The position numbers and the translations under genes are program-made. Of a stretch of 64,000 nucleotides of DNA, positions 17,775-28,161 are shown in pieces (position 1 is the first letter of the stretch; each line of letters begins with the position of its first letter). The stretch comes from Candidatus Woesebacteria bacterium (lineage in GTDB: Bacteria; Patescibacteriota; Microgenomatia; UBA12405), in NCBI GenBank assembly GCA_035402805.1, contig DAONDY010000002.1, positions 229,111 through 293,110 of the forward strand, read 5' to 3'. Under the pieces are notes generated by a model, which searched no databases, had not been told where the DNA came from, and saw only the letters and a list, made by a program, of their open reading frames with translations.

Positions 17775-19139
17775 ATGAAACTTTACAACACTTTAACTAG
17801 ACAAAAACAGGAATTTAAACCAATAAAAGAAAAGGAAGTGGGTATTTATTCTTGTGGACCAACAGTTTATTCAAGTCCTCATATTGGAAATATGTATGCT
17901 TATGTTTGCTGGGATGTATTGGTAAGGACATTAAAATATCTAGGTTATAACATTAATAATGTAATAAATATTACTGATGTTGGGCATTTAACTAGCGATG
18001 AAGATGTTGGGGAGGATAAAATGGAAAAAGGTTCAAAAAAAGAGGGTTTGACGGTTTGGGAAATTGCCAAGAAATATGAAAATGAGTTTTTGGATAATTT
18101 AAGAGAATTGAATATTGAATTGCCTTGGAAAATGCCAAAGGCAACTGATCATATTCAAGAACAGATTGATTTAATTAAAAAAATTGAGGCAAATGGTTTT
18201 ACTTATAAAACAAGTGACGGAATTTACTTTGATACTTCTAAATTTGTTGATTATAAAAAATTTACTAATTTGAATTTGGAAAAAATAAAAGAAGGAGCCA
18301 GGGTGGAGATTAATAAAGAAAAGAAAAATCCGACGGATTTTGCTTTATGGAAGTTTTCTCCTAAGAACCAAAAAAGACAAATGGAATGGGAGAGCCCATG
18401 GGGAGTAGGCTTCCCGGGTTGGCATATTGAGTGTACGGCCATGTCGACTAAATATTTAGGTGAAACTTTTGATATACATACAGGCGGAGAAGATCATATT
18501 AATATTCACCATACTAATGAAATTGCCCAAGGATACGGTGCTTTTGGTCATAATACAGCAAATTATTGGATGCACAATGCTTTTATAACTTTTAAAGGTG
18601 AAAAAATAAGTAAAAGTAGTGGAGGATTGTTTACGGTTAAAGATTTAATAGAGATGGATTTTGATCCAATGGCTTTTAGGTATATGGTTTTGGGTTCACA
18701 TTACAGAAAAGGGATGGAATTTTCTTTAGAAAATTTAAAAATGGCCCAAACTGCCCTTAATAAGTTAAAAGGTTATAAAGTTGAAAGTTTATCAAGTGTA
18801 AATCAAACTTTTAAAAATGAATTTATTGAAAAAATTAGTGATGACTTGGCAATGCCAGAGGTTTTGGCTTTGGTATGGAAAGTGGCTAAATCAGATTTAA
18901 GTCCGGAAGAAAAATGGGCAACAATTTTGGATTTTGATAAAGTTTTAGGATTAAATTTGAATAAAGAAATTGAAGACAAAGAAATTCCTGAAGAAATTTT
19001 AAAATTAGTTGAAGAGAGAAACCAAGCAAGAGAAATTAAAAATTGGGGTGAATCTGATAGATTGAGAGAAGTTATTAAAAATAAAGGTTATCTAGTTGAA
19101 GATTTAGGAAATACCTGTAAAATAAGACCAATAAAGTAA
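17775..19139 (+). CDS. cysS: Cysteine--tRNA ligase
   Basis: CGPTVY, HIGN, NITDV, DFALWK, PGWHIEC, KISKS. Confidence 0.97.
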   Translation: MKLYNTLTRQKQEFKPIKEKEVGIYSCGPTVYSSPHIGNMYAYVCWDVLVRTLKYLGYNINNVINITDVGHLTSDEDVGEDKMEKGSKKEGLTVWEIAKKYENEFLDNLRELNIELPWKMPKATDHIQEQIDLIKKIEANGFTYKTSDGIYFDTSKFVDYKKFTNLNLEKIKEGARVEINKEKKNPTDFALWKFSPKNQKRQMEWESPWGVGFPGWHIECTAMSTKYLGETFDIHTGGEDHINIHHTNEIAQGYGAFGHNTANYWMHNAFITFKGEKISKSSGGLFTVKDLIEMDFDPMAFRYMVLGSHYRKGMEFSLENLKMAQTALNKLKGYKVESLSSVNQTFKNEFIEKISDDLAMPEVLALVWKVAKSDLSPEEKWATILDFDKVLGLNLNKEIEDKEIPEEILKLVEERNQAREIKNWGESDRLREVIKNKGYLVEDLGNTCKIRPIK

Positions 19140-19177
19140 TTGTCAAATTACGCTTAATATGTTAACCTAAAAGGTTC

Positions 19178-19468
19178 ATGAAAGGAAGTAAATATCAATA
19201 TCAAATCATAATGGTTTTGGACCCCAAAACCGAAGACAAAGAAAAAGTTTTAACAAAAGCTTGTTCTTGGTTAGAAAGTAATAAAGCTGAAATTTCTAAT
19301 AAAGACCACATGGGTCTTAAGGAATTGGCTTATGAAATAAAAGATCACGATAAAGGTGATTTTTGGGTTTTAGATGTAGAGTCTAAAGAACCTTTAAAAA
19401 TAAAAGGTTTCAATCTTTTATTGGATAGAGAAATAAATATTATTCGTTATTTAATATTAAAAAAGTAA
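19178..19468 (+). CDS. rpsF: 30S ribosomal protein S6
   Basis: GLKELAYEI, IIRYLI; rpsF-ssb-rpsR synteny. Confidence 0.9.
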   Translation: MKGSKYQYQIIMVLDPKTEDKEKVLTKACSWLESNKAEISNKDHMGLKELAYEIKDHDKGDFWVLDVESKEPLKIKGFNLLLDREINIIRYLILKK

Positions 19469-19480
19469 AAAGGGGGAATT

Positions 19481-19978
19481 ATGCCAAGTAGATGTCTCAA
19501 TAGGGTAATGTTAATCGGTAATTTAACTCGTGACCCAGAGTTAAGATATACTCCAGCTGGTATGGCTGTAGCTTCTTTTGGTTTAGCTACCAATAGAGTT
19601 TGGGTGACCAAACAAGGTGAAAGAAAAGAAGATGCTCAATTTCATCGAATTGTAGCTTGGAATAAATTAGCTGAACTTTGTTCACAGCTTTTATCCAAAG
19701 GTCGAAGAGTTTATGTCGATGGTAGAATTCAATACCGAGAATTCAATGATCAAGAAAATAATAAAAAGCAAATTACAGAAATAGTAATTGACGATATGAT
19801 TATTCTTGATAATAAAGGCAACAATGATCACAATGTGAATGGAGATTTGAGTGGTGAAGCAGAAATGCCAGTAGCTGAAGGTGAACACGAAGCTCCAATT
19901 GAGGATATTGTGATTCCAGATGATTTAGGAGAAATCCCGGTTACTGAAGAAAAAAAAGATGAAGAAATGCCTTTTTAA
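19481..19978 (+). CDS. ssb: Single-stranded DNA-binding protein
   Basis: LNRVMLIGNLTRDPELRYT, acidic tail ending MPF. Confidence 0.97.
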   Translation: MPSRCLNRVMLIGNLTRDPELRYTPAGMAVASFGLATNRVWVTKQGERKEDAQFHRIVAWNKLAELCSQLLSKGRRVYVDGRIQYREFNDQENNKKQITEIVIDDMIILDNKGNNDHNVNGDLSGEAEMPVAEGEHEAPIEDIVIPDDLGEIPVTEEKKDEEMPF

Positions 19979-19987
19979 GGAGAAGAT

Positions 19988-20239
19988 ATGATAAAAAAAA
20001 GCAAAAAAGACAATATATTAGCAGCAAAAAGAAGGGGTAGAGAAAAGGGCTGTTCTTATTGTAAAACTAACACAACTCCAAGTTGGCAAGATTATGAAAA
20101 AATGGGTGAATTTTTATCGGCTAGATCGAGAATATTAGGAGCTCAGTTTAGTGGTGTTTGTGCCAACCATCAGAGAAAATTAGTTAAGGCAATTAAACAA
20201 GCTCGACATTTAGCTTTGATGCCTTTTACAACTAAATAA
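19988..20239 (+). CDS. rpsR: 30S ribosomal protein S18
   Basis: CSYC...GVCANHQR...AIKQARHLALMPF. Confidence 0.93.
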   Translation: MIKKSKKDNILAAKRRGREKGCSYCKTNTTPSWQDYEKMGEFLSARSRILGAQFSGVCANHQRKLVKAIKQARHLALMPFTTK

Positions 20240-20257
20240 AGTTAAACCGTAAACAAG

Positions 20258-20283
20258 ACCTCCCTTAAAAAGGGAGGTTTTTT
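20258..20283 (+). terminator. Intrinsic terminator of rpsF-ssb-rpsR
   Basis: ACCTCCCT/AGGGAGGT stem followed by T tract. Confidence 0.85.
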
Positions 20284-20300
20284 GTTGATATAATTTAACA

Positions 20301-21044
20301 ATGAAGACGAAAGATAAGGCTATTTGGGTAATTAAATTACCGTCTAAAGCCAAAATATTGGTTAAGGTTGGCGATAAGGTTGATAATGATCAAAAGTTAG
20401 CTATTTTTAGTAGCCACAAGATAGAAACTTTTGATTATAGTGGTCCATTGTCAAAAATGGATGAAACTAAAAGGCAGGATTTAGATAATTTTATTAGAGG
20501 TAAACAGGTGAATTCTGGTGATATGTTTTGTGATTTAGGAATTTTTAAAAATAAAATTTTTTTCCCATTGACTGGTTTATGCTTGGGTTTGGATGAATTT
20601 AAAAATTTGAGAATTGAAAAGATAGAAGAAGACAAAAAAGAGATTTTGTCTCCGGTTGAAGCTAAAGTAAGTAAAATAGAGGAGGGGAAGATGGTTTTAG
20701 AGTTCAAAGCAAAAGAATATAGTGGTACTGGGTTAAATCAGTTGAAGGCTTGGGGTAACGGGGAAATTAAAATTGTGGACGATATTAAACTTTTAAATTT
20801 TGAGTTGGATGATAATGTTTTATTTACAGAAAATTTAGATAAAACCTTTTTATTGAAAGCACAGGTTATTGGAGTTAGGGCAGTGGTAACCCCTAATGAG
20901 GATGTTAAAGAGGTGGACATTAACATTCCGGTGTTGAGATTAGAAAAAAAAGTTTGGGAGGATTTTATGAAAGAAAACCTAGGTAAAAAGAGAAAGATGT
21001 TAGTAAATGCTTCGAAAGAGAAATTGTTATTAGTGTTAGAATAG
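20301..21044 (+). CDS. Hypothetical protein (barrel-sandwich hybrid-like motifs)
   Basis: ILVKVGDKV and ILSPVEAKV motifs; own extended -10 promoter; abuts ctpA. Confidence 0.65.
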   Translation: MKTKDKAIWVIKLPSKAKILVKVGDKVDNDQKLAIFSSHKIETFDYSGPLSKMDETKRQDLDNFIRGKQVNSGDMFCDLGIFKNKIFFPLTGLCLGLDEFKNLRIEKIEEDKKEILSPVEAKVSKIEEGKMVLEFKAKEYSGTGLNQLKAWGNGEIKIVDDIKLLNFELDDNVLFTENLDKTFLLKAQVIGVRAVVTPNEDVKEVDINIPVLRLEKKVWEDFMKENLGKKRKMLVNASKEKLLLVLE

Positions 21045-22244
21045 ATGATGAAATTTAAATATATAAGAAATTTATTTGTAATTTTTGCCTTATTATCCGT
21101 AGTTTCTTTAGTTAGTTTTAAAATTGGCCAAGATACCAGTGGAAAAGTAATTGATTCTAATGGTGGTGGATTAAATTTATCCTTGATGTGGCAAGTAAAA
21201 GATAAATTAAGCCAAATGTTTTTGGAAAAAGATAAATTAGTTGACAAAAATATGGAGTATGGAGCGATTAAGGGAATGGTGGCGGCGTTAGATGATCCAT
21301 ACACGGTATTTTTGACACCAAAGGAAAATAAAAGCACAAATGAAACTTTAGCCGGGGAATTTGGTGGAGTAGGAATTTCTTTGGGATACAAAGATGGAGT
21401 ATTGGCGGTAGTGTCTCCTTTAAAAGGGACACCGGCAGAAAAAGCAGGAGTAAAGGCAGGTGATTTAATTGTCCATATAACCGATACCTTAAATAAGGTT
21501 GATAGAGATACTAACGACATTACCTTAGATGAAGCCGTGAGTTTAATTAGGGGTAAAATTGGTACCGAAGTGACTTTAAAAATGTATCGCGAAGGCAAGA
21601 GTGATTATTTTGATGTGGTTTTAAAAAGAGACAATATTGTGGTTCCAAACATAACTTTAGAATGGAAAGAAAAGGATGGTAAAAAAATAGCTTATATTCA
21701 GTTAAGTCAATTTAGTGAGACATTGTTTACTGATTGGCCCAAAATGGTTCAAGAAATTAAAAAAGAAAAGAATTTGGGTGGAGTTATTTTGGATTTAAGA
21801 AATAATCCGGGTGGATATTTACAGGCCAGTGTCTTGGTGGCTTCTGATTTTGTTAAAGAAGGAGTAATCGTGACCCAAGAATCTTATGACGGAAAGAAAG
21901 AGGTCTATAAGGTTGAAGAAGGGAATGGAAATCTGTTGAATGAAAAATTAGTGGTTTTAATTAATGGCGGTTCAGCGTCGGCATCGGAAATCTTGGCTGG
22001 AGCCTTAAAAGACTATAATAGAGCAAAATTAGTTGGAGAAAAAAGTTTTGGAAAAGGGACGGTCCAACAACCGGAGGATTTTAAGGATGGCAGTGGTTTG
22101 CATATAACCATCGCTAAGTGGTTACTACCCAGTGGAAAAAATATTCATAAAGTAGGAATCGAACCAGATATTGAAATTAAGTCTGGTGACGATATCAAAA
22201 TAGATTTACAGCTAAATAAAGCTTTGGAAGTAATTCTAAAATAG
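21045..22244 (+). CDS. ctpA: S41 carboxyl-terminal processing protease
   Basis: LDDPYT, PDZ, LDLRNNPGG, SASASEI, GKGTVQ, GIEPD. Confidence 0.93.
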   Translation: MMKFKYIRNLFVIFALLSVVSLVSFKIGQDTSGKVIDSNGGGLNLSLMWQVKDKLSQMFLEKDKLVDKNMEYGAIKGMVAALDDPYTVFLTPKENKSTNETLAGEFGGVGISLGYKDGVLAVVSPLKGTPAEKAGVKAGDLIVHITDTLNKVDRDTNDITLDEAVSLIRGKIGTEVTLKMYREGKSDYFDVVLKRDNIVVPNITLEWKEKDGKKIAYIQLSQFSETLFTDWPKMVQEIKKEKNLGGVILDLRNNPGGYLQASVLVASDFVKEGVIVTQESYDGKKEVYKVEEGNGNLLNEKLVVLINGGSASASEILAGALKDYNRAKLVGEKSFGKGTVQQPEDFKDGSGLHITIAKWLLPSGKNIHKVGIEPDIEIKSGDDIKIDLQLNKALEVILK

Positions 22245-22249
22245 ATTTT

Positions 22250-23227
22250 ATGAAAAAAGGAATAGTGATAGGATTATTTTTGGGAGTTTTTGTAATGAGT
22301 CTGTTTTTTTTATTTTTAAATAAAAAAGAGACTATTAAAATTAAAAAAGAGATTATCGATGAAGAATCGGTGGTGACAGAAGTGGTTGAAAAAGCAACTC
22401 CAAGTGTAGTAACAATAAGAACTGAAAGGGATATTGGAACGGGATTTATAGTTAGTTCTGATGGTTTAATTGTGACTAATAAACATGTAGTGGCTGATAT
22501 TGGGACTAAATATAAAGTGATAATTGATAAAGAGGAAATTGAGGTTAAAGATATTTACCGGGATCCTTTAAATGATTTGGCCATTATAAAGATAGAAAAA
22601 AATAATTTAAATAAAGTTGATCTTGGTGATTCTGATAAATTAAAAGTAGGACAATCGGTGATTGCCATTGGGACAGCTTTGGGTGAATTTAGGTCAACAG
22701 TGACGACTGGAGTGATTTCGGGATTAGGGAGGGGAATTACGGCAGGCGAAGTGGGTGAGGTGGAAAAATTAACTAATGTAATTCAAACTGATGCGGCAAT
22801 TAATCCTGGTAATTCTGGTGGTCCATTATTTAACTCTAGCGGTCAGGTGATTGGAGTTAATGTAGCCGTGTCACAAAGCGGACAAAATATCGGTTTTGCT
22901 TTGCCAATAAATTTAGTTAAAGAATCGATTGACTATTTTAGGGAAACAGGGGAGTTTGAAAGACCTTATTTGGGAGTGGGTTATAAAATGATGGAAAAAG
23001 GGGCTTGGGTGGAAAGTATTTTGGAAAATAGTCCGGCAAGTAAGGCAGATATTAAAATCGGTGACATAATTATTGAAATTGATGGACAAAAAATAAATAA
23101 AAGCGATAATGGGGATTTGGTAAAAATAATCAATCAGAAAAAAATAGGACAGATAATTAATATAAAAATTCAAAGAGAAAAAACGGAAAAAATAGTTGAT
23201 GTAAATTTAGAAAAGAAAATTAATTAA
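22250..23227 (+). CDS. htrA: HtrA/DegP-like serine protease with PDZ
   Basis: [28 protein letters not shown]-terminal PDZ, N-terminal TM. Confidence 0.92.
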   Translation: MKKGIVIGLFLGVFVMSLFFLFLNKKETIKIKKEIIDEESVVTEVVEKATPSVVTIRTERDIGTGFIVSSDGLIVTNKHVVADIGTKYKVIIDKEEIEVKDIYRDPLNDLAIIKIEKNNLNKVDLGDSDKLKVGQSVIAIGTALGEFRSTVTTGVISGLGRGITAGEVGEVEKLTNVIQTDAAINPGNSGGPLFNSSGQVIGVNVAVSQSGQNIGFALPINLVKESIDYFRETGEFERPYLGVGYKMMEKGAWVESILENSPASKADIKIGDIIIEIDGQKINKSDNGDLVKIINQKKIGQIINIKIQREKTEKIVDVNLEKKIN

Positions 23228-23953
23228 TTTTCTTTTTTTTTCAGTTGGTTGGTCGAGGACAGTGAGTTCGAGAAGTAAATCGTCTAGATTGCCTTGTAAG
23301 ATACTGTCCAAGTTATTGAAGGTTTTGTCTATTCTATGGTCTTTTATTTGATTTCTTGGGTAATTGTATGTTCGAATTTTATCAGCTCGGCCTGATTGGC
23401 TGATACCGGATCGACCGGCGGCCAATTGAGCTTGTTTTTTTTCTTCTTCTATTTGATAAAGTTTATTTTGTAAAAGCTTTAAAGCGATTTCGCGGTTTTG
23501 TTGTTGATAGCGTTCTGTACGAACATCAAACATTAATCCAGTTGGTTTGTGAACCAAATGGACGGCAGTGGACACCTTATTGACGTTTTGACCACCATTG
23601 CCTCCAGCTCGACTGGCGGTGATGACAACATCATCCATACTAAAATTAATTTCTTTTGATTCAATCTGGGGCATAATAGCAATAGAAGCAGTAGAAGTTT
23701 GAAGACGACCACGTTTTTCAGTTATGGGAATTCTTTGGACACGATGGGTACCGGCCTCATATTTTAATTGATTATAAGCATCAAATCCGGAAATTTGGAT
23801 TATAAAACCATCAATCTGTCTAACTTTCCAACCGACTTTATTGGCGTAGCGGACATACATATTCATTAAATCCTGAGCCCAGAGAGATGCTTCTTGACCT
23901 CCCGGACCTGGGTGAAATTCCATGATGGCGATATTGGGATTAATTGTTGGCAT
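23207..23953 (-). CDS. prfA: Peptide chain release factor 1, lacking N-terminal domain 1
   Basis: [22 protein letters not shown] (PxT), GGQNVNK, IRTYN; downstream of rpmE. Confidence 0.88.
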   Translation of the reverse strand: MPTINPNIAIMEFHPGPGGQEASLWAQDLMNMYVRYANKVGWKVRQIDGFIIQISGFDAYNQLKYEAGTHRVQRIPITEKRGRLQTSTASIAIMPQIESKEINFSMDDVVITASRAGGNGGQNVNKVSTAVHLVHKPTGLMFDVRTERYQQQNREIALKLLQNKLYQIEEEKKQAQLAAGRSGISQSGRADKIRTYNYPRNQIKDHRIDKTFNNLDSILQGNLDDLLLELTVLDQPTEKKRKLINFLF

Positions 23954-23964
23954 GTAAGCAAAAC

Positions 23965-24219
23965 CTAGTTTGATTTTTTGGCTTCTTTTTTAGCGGCTTT
24001 ATCAGCGGCGTATTTTTTACCCTGACCAACTTTTTCGTTGAATTTATCAATTCTACCTTTAATGTCGACAAATTTTTGTTGACCAGTAAAGAAAGGATGA
24101 CATTTAGAACAAACTTCAACGTCGATTTTTTCTAAAGTTGAACCAGTAGTAAATTTATTGCCACAAGCACAAGTGACTTGGCAATTGTCAAAATATTGAG
24201 GATGAATTCCTTGTTTCAT
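23965..24219 (-). CDS. rpmE: 50S ribosomal protein L31 (Zn-binding type)
   Basis: [23 protein letters not shown]. Confidence 0.97.
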   Translation of the reverse strand: MKQGIHPQYFDNCQVTCACGNKFTTGSTLEKIDVEVCSKCHPFFTGQQKFVDIKGRIDKFNEKVGQGKKYAADKAAKKEAKKSN

Positions 24220-24227
24220 AGGGTTTA

Positions 24228-25463
24228 TTATAGCATACTAATCAGTTCTTCTAATCCAACTGATTTTTGTTCGGTAGTAGCTAGATTTTTAACTGTAATT
24301 TGATTATTTTTTGCTTCGTCGGTACCAATGATAGCTACGTAATTAACACCTAAATTATCGGCATATTTTATTTGTTTGCCAAGCTTGTCTGGATCAGGAT
24401 AGACAATGCAGGAAATATTATTTTGTCGGAGAGTTGAACTTAAGTTTAAGATATTACTTTCTGTTTCTGGACCAAAATTGGCAATTAAAATTTTCGTTTT
24501 TGATTTATTGGCCTCTGGGAGAAGATCGAGCTCTTTAATAACATCGATAACCCGTTCAAATCCAAAAGCGAAACCAACAGCGGGGATATTAGGTCCACCA
24601 AGAGTGGAGACTAAATTATCATAACGACCACCACCACCGATGGCACCAATTTTTGGTTCCAACACACTAACTTCAAAAATGGTTCCAGTATAATAATCAC
24701 AACCGCGAACTAGAGTTGGATCAAAAACATAAGCATTATCTGGGAGTCCAAAAATCTTTAATTTGTCTAAGACTTGTTTTAAGTTTTCATCTGGTTGAGC
24801 TTCTTTGATATATTTAAAGAGATTGTTAATTTGGGTTTGTACTAAACCCTTAGAATTGAGCTCATCTTTTACTCCATTTTCACCTATTTTCCCTAACTTA
24901 TCAAGAGATTGAAGTATACTATTTTGATCTTTTTCAATGCCACTTTTGGCCAAAATATCAAAAAGAACCTGACGACTATTTATGGAGATAATAGTATTTT
25001 TAAAATTCAATTTTTGGACGCCAGCATAAATTATGGAAATTATTTCGGCATCAGCGATAGGGGATAAAGTCCCAAAAATATCTACATCGCATTGGACAAA
25101 TTCTCGATAACGGCCCTTTTGGGTGTTTTCAGCTCGCCAAACTGGTTGAATTTGATAGCGTTTAAAAGGAAGTTGAATTTCGTTATTATAAATAGCTAAA
25201 ACCTTAGAAGCGGGAACAGTTAAATCGTAACGAAGACCGACTTCGCGATCACCATTATCTTTAAAGAAATAGCCTAATTTGTCATCAGTTTCGTTACTGT
25301 ATTTACCTTTTAAAACCGAAGCATATTCTAGAGCTGGGGTTTCCAACGGGGAAAAACCATATTTTTCAAAAATATCAATTAAGGTATTTTTGACATAGTT
25401 ACGGATACCCATGTCTTTAGGCAAAAAATCTCTGAAACCTTTTAATGTTTGTGGTTTGATCAT
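24228..25463 (-). CDS. hisS: Histidine--tRNA ligase
   Basis: [38 protein letters not shown]; start re-assigned to ATG 25463. Confidence 0.96.
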   Translation of the reverse strand: MIKPQTLKGFRDFLPKDMGIRNYVKNTLIDIFEKYGFSPLETPALEYASVLKGKYSNETDDKLGYFFKDNGDREVGLRYDLTVPASKVLAIYNNEIQLPFKRYQIQPVWRAENTQKGRYREFVQCDVDIFGTLSPIADAEIISIIYAGVQKLNFKNTIISINSRQVLFDILAKSGIEKDQNSILQSLDKLGKIGENGVKDELNSKGLVQTQINNLFKYIKEAQPDENLKQVLDKLKIFGLPDNAYVFDPTLVRGCDYYTGTIFEVSVLEPKIGAIGGGGRYDNLVSTLGGPNIPAVGFAFGFERVIDVIKELDLLPEANKSKTKILIANFGPETESNILNLSSTLRQNNISCIVYPDPDKLGKQIKYADNLGVNYVAIIGTDEAKNNQITVKNLATTEQKSVGLEELISML

Positions 25464-25505
25464 GATGTATTTTAAATGAAAGCGACTTTGAAGTAAAATA
25501 GAGTA

Positions 25506-26228
25506 ATGAATATGGTGCAATTATTTTTTGATGATTGGGAATTAACTGTAGATTTGGAAGGTGGAAGAATTGATAGTCTTAAAAATAGGGGAATATTAAT
25601 TTTAGGGAGTTTTGAAAGAATTGATGGGAAAAGGGGTAATACTCATGTGTGTGTGCCAAATTTTGCTAATGATGGAGTTAAAAAATATGGATTGCCATTT
25701 CATGGATTTTTTAGAAATGCGCCATGGGTTTTAGTGCAAAAGACAGAAAATTTATTAGAAATAAGTTGCGAAACAATGGGTTTTGATGTCCATCAAATTT
25801 TTTCTTTAAATAAAGAATATTTTAATCAGAAATTAACAGTGGAAAATAAAAATGATGAAGAAAAACCGGTAAATGTGGCAATTCATAACTATTGGTCAAG
25901 TGAATTGGGTTGGCAAGGAGCAACATTAAATGGTTTTGATTTGAGTATGGGAATAAAAAATAATGATTTTAATAATTTACGTCAGTTAAATGATATTGAT
26001 ATTCCAGGAAAGCCTCTGATTAAATGGCAATTAATAGGTTTTAATTATGCTAAATTGTGGACTGGTTTTTTGGAGGAGGGAAATAATAAAATTTTTGATA
26101 ATAATTATTTTTGTGTAGAACCAATCATGGAAAAGGACGAAAATTATTTTGGAAGTGAAAAATCAATGTTGCAGCCAAAAACAAAAATAGAGTTAAGGCA
26201 AATGATTGGGGTGGTATATCGGACTTGA
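25506..26228 (+). CDS. Aldose 1-epimerase (galactose mutarotase-like) family protein
   Basis: PNF...LPFHGFFRN, AIHNYW, FCVEP motifs. Confidence 0.8.
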   Translation: MNMVQLFFDDWELTVDLEGGRIDSLKNRGILILGSFERIDGKRGNTHVCVPNFANDGVKKYGLPFHGFFRNAPWVLVQKTENLLEISCETMGFDVHQIFSLNKEYFNQKLTVENKNDEEKPVNVAIHNYWSSELGWQGATLNGFDLSMGIKNNDFNNLRQLNDIDIPGKPLIKWQLIGFNYAKLWTGFLEEGNNKIFDNNYFCVEPIMEKDENYFGSEKSMLQPKTKIELRQMIGVVYRT

Positions 26229-26284
26229 ACCGACAACCTCAGCTTTCACAGAGCTGCGCTCTAACCAATTGAGCTAATACCACC
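26207..26284 (-). tRNA. tRNA-His(GTG)
   Basis: Cloverleaf on minus strand, CAGCT-CTGTGAA-AGCTG anticodon arm, G-1:C73, GGTTCAAGTCC T arm, encoded CCA. Confidence 0.96.
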
Positions 26285-26358
26285 ATGAGATTGGGTGTAA
26301 TTTCCTATGACGAATGTCAGAAGAAAATAGTGGTTTATTTTAACATGAAGGGAAGTAT

Positions 26359-27054
26359 TTAGTTGTTTGTTGAAGTATTTGAAGCTTGAGCGGTAACAGA
26401 ATCCATAGTGATAATCTTAGAAACATAGAAAGTTTTGGCGATTTTGGCGTCTGGTTGAATAATTACAACGATTTTTTGGCCAGCTTTTAATTTGTCGAGG
26501 GCTAATTTATTGTTATCTTTATCTAATATTTCGGTTTTAGCGTCGGTTTTGATTTGATATTGGATTTCTTTATTTTTAATAGGGATAAGAACAAAAACAG
26601 GTGACGATTGGGAAATATCGACAATTTTTCCTAGAACTATTTCATTTTTATTTTGGATGGTTTTTAAGTCAGTGACAACGACTCTTTTGGCCTCAAAATT
26701 ACCATATTGATTTAAATAACCCATGGCTAAAATATCTTGTCCAGATTTTATATTTTCAACTTTAGTTTTATTTCTTTTAATATCAATAAAAACAGTGTCT
26801 TCGGTTATGGTAATAGATTTAGATTCGTTTTTATAGCTAACAACTATTTGGCTGGAATCGATTTGGGTAATGGTACCAATAATTGATCTTGGCTCAACGG
26901 AAGTAGAATCAGTGTTTTGAAGTAGGTCTTTAACTTTTTGTTGAACCATTTGTAAAACTTCTCTATTAGGAGCAATAGTAGGGACGGCGGTGACTTCCTG
27001 AGCAAAAACTGGTGAAGAGAAAAAAACAGAAAGAATGAATAAAAATAAATACAT
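26359..27054 (-). CDS. Secreted protein with two OB-fold-like (DUF5666-like) repeats
   Basis: Signal peptide PVFA|QE; two repeats G.I..I......T......IK.GQ.I. Confidence 0.6.
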   Translation of the reverse strand: MYLFLFILSVFFSSPVFAQEVTAVPTIAPNREVLQMVQQKVKDLLQNTDSTSVEPRSIIGTITQIDSSQIVVSYKNESKSITITEDTVFIDIKRNKTKVENIKSGQDILAMGYLNQYGNFEAKRVVVTDLKTIQNKNEIVLGKIVDISQSSPVFVLIPIKNKEIQYQIKTDAKTEILDKDNNKLALDKLKAGQKIVVIIQPDAKIAKTFYVSKIITMDSVTAQASNTSTNN

Positions 27055-27058
27055 AAAA

Positions 27059-27520
27059 TTAAATTTTAGCAGTGGAATAAATAAGATTTAACTCAGTTTC
27101 GCTTTGATTATCTTCAGAATCTATGCTGTCAATTTTAATTAGATTAAGACCACTATCTAGCTCAATACTAATACTAAAAACGCCGTTGGCATTACTTTTG
27201 CCACTAAAAGTTTTAGTTGGGGTGGAAATAATGATTAAACTATTTGGTTTACTGTCGCCCTTAATACTAATTTTCGAATTAGAAAGAACGGCGTTGTTTT
27301 CTGGGGAAGTAATATTGATGGAAGATTCGGTTTTAGAAACGCTGGGAGTAGTTGAAATTTGGGTTGACATTTGTAAATCAGTGATGGTTGGGGTAGGAAT
27401 AGTCTCGGTTTGATTTTGTCTAGGTACGCTTTTATTTTTATTGAGAGCAAAAAAAGCTCCGGTAATACCGAATCCTAGAATTGATCCGAGAGCGATGGCT
27501 AAAATAAGTTCTTTAATCAT
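27059..27520 (-). CDS. Membrane-anchored Ig-like domain protein
   Basis: N-terminal TM, PT-rich linker, ITSPENN...IKG...GVFS...L..G.N.I; start re-assigned to ATG 27520. Confidence 0.7.
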   Translation of the reverse strand: MIKELILAIALGSILGFGITGAFFALNKNKSVPRQNQTETIPTPTITDLQMSTQISTTPSVSKTESSINITSPENNAVLSNSKISIKGDSKPNSLIIISTPTKTFSGKSNANGVFSISIELDSGLNLIKIDSIDSEDNQSETELNLIYSTAKI

Positions 27521-27576
27521 TTTACTATTATAGATGATATCACAAATAGTCAAAAGTTGATGATAGAATTGAAGAT

Positions 27577-28155
27577 ATGGAAATAAAAAATCTAGAAAAT
27601 CAATCAATTTATTTAAAGGGTAAAAAAGAGAGTGTTTTGATTAATCCGGCTAAAGAGATAAGAAATGATAGTAAATATTTATCAAGGATATTTTTGTTTA
27701 CATCAGAAAAATACGACGGAATGGGTTTCGATGGAGATAAAATATTGATTAGGGCTCCTGGCGAATATGAGGTTGGTGGGGTGGAAATAAATGGTTATAA
27801 TTCAGGAAATAGTAATACGCTTTATGTTTTATATATAGATGGAATTAAAGTAGTATTTTTAGGAGATTTGGAGGAAGCTTTAAGTGATAAAAGAATTGAA
27901 AAAATAGATTCGGCTGATGTGTTGATAGCTCCAGTTTTGATAAAAGAAAGTGCTAGTGGAAAGTTAGTTTTAGAGTGGGCTAAAAAATGGGGAGTAAATT
28001 ATTTAATTCCTGTTGGCTATGATGAAAATAAAGAGGCTTTAGATAAATTTTTGGATCAGGCAGATCAAGAAGGATTGGAAGCAGTAGAGTCTTTAAAAGT
28101 AGATAAAGATGATCTTCCAGATGGCTTAGAGTTGAAAGTATTAAAAAAGGTATAA
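27577..28155 (+). CDS. MBL-fold (Lactamase_B_3-like) protein lacking metal ligands
   Basis: PGEYEVGGVEI, NTLY, FLGDL, DVLIAPV, IPV; HxHxDH absent; upstream of dnaB. Confidence 0.7.
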   Translation: MEIKNLENQSIYLKGKKESVLINPAKEIRNDSKYLSRIFLFTSEKYDGMGFDGDKILIRAPGEYEVGGVEINGYNSGNSNTLYVLYIDGIKVVFLGDLEEALSDKRIEKIDSADVLIAPVLIKESASGKLVLEWAKKWGVNYLIPVGYDENKEALDKFLDQADQEGLEAVESLKVDKDDLPDGLELKVLKKV

Positions 28156-28161
28156 TAACGT

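Noticed and set aside
20738-21598. 286-aa antisense ORF over ctpA and the upstream gene, plus many other short antisense/alternate-frame ORFs in the track
   Set aside because: Shadow ORFs of well-supported genes; no motifs and composition typical of reverse-frame translation
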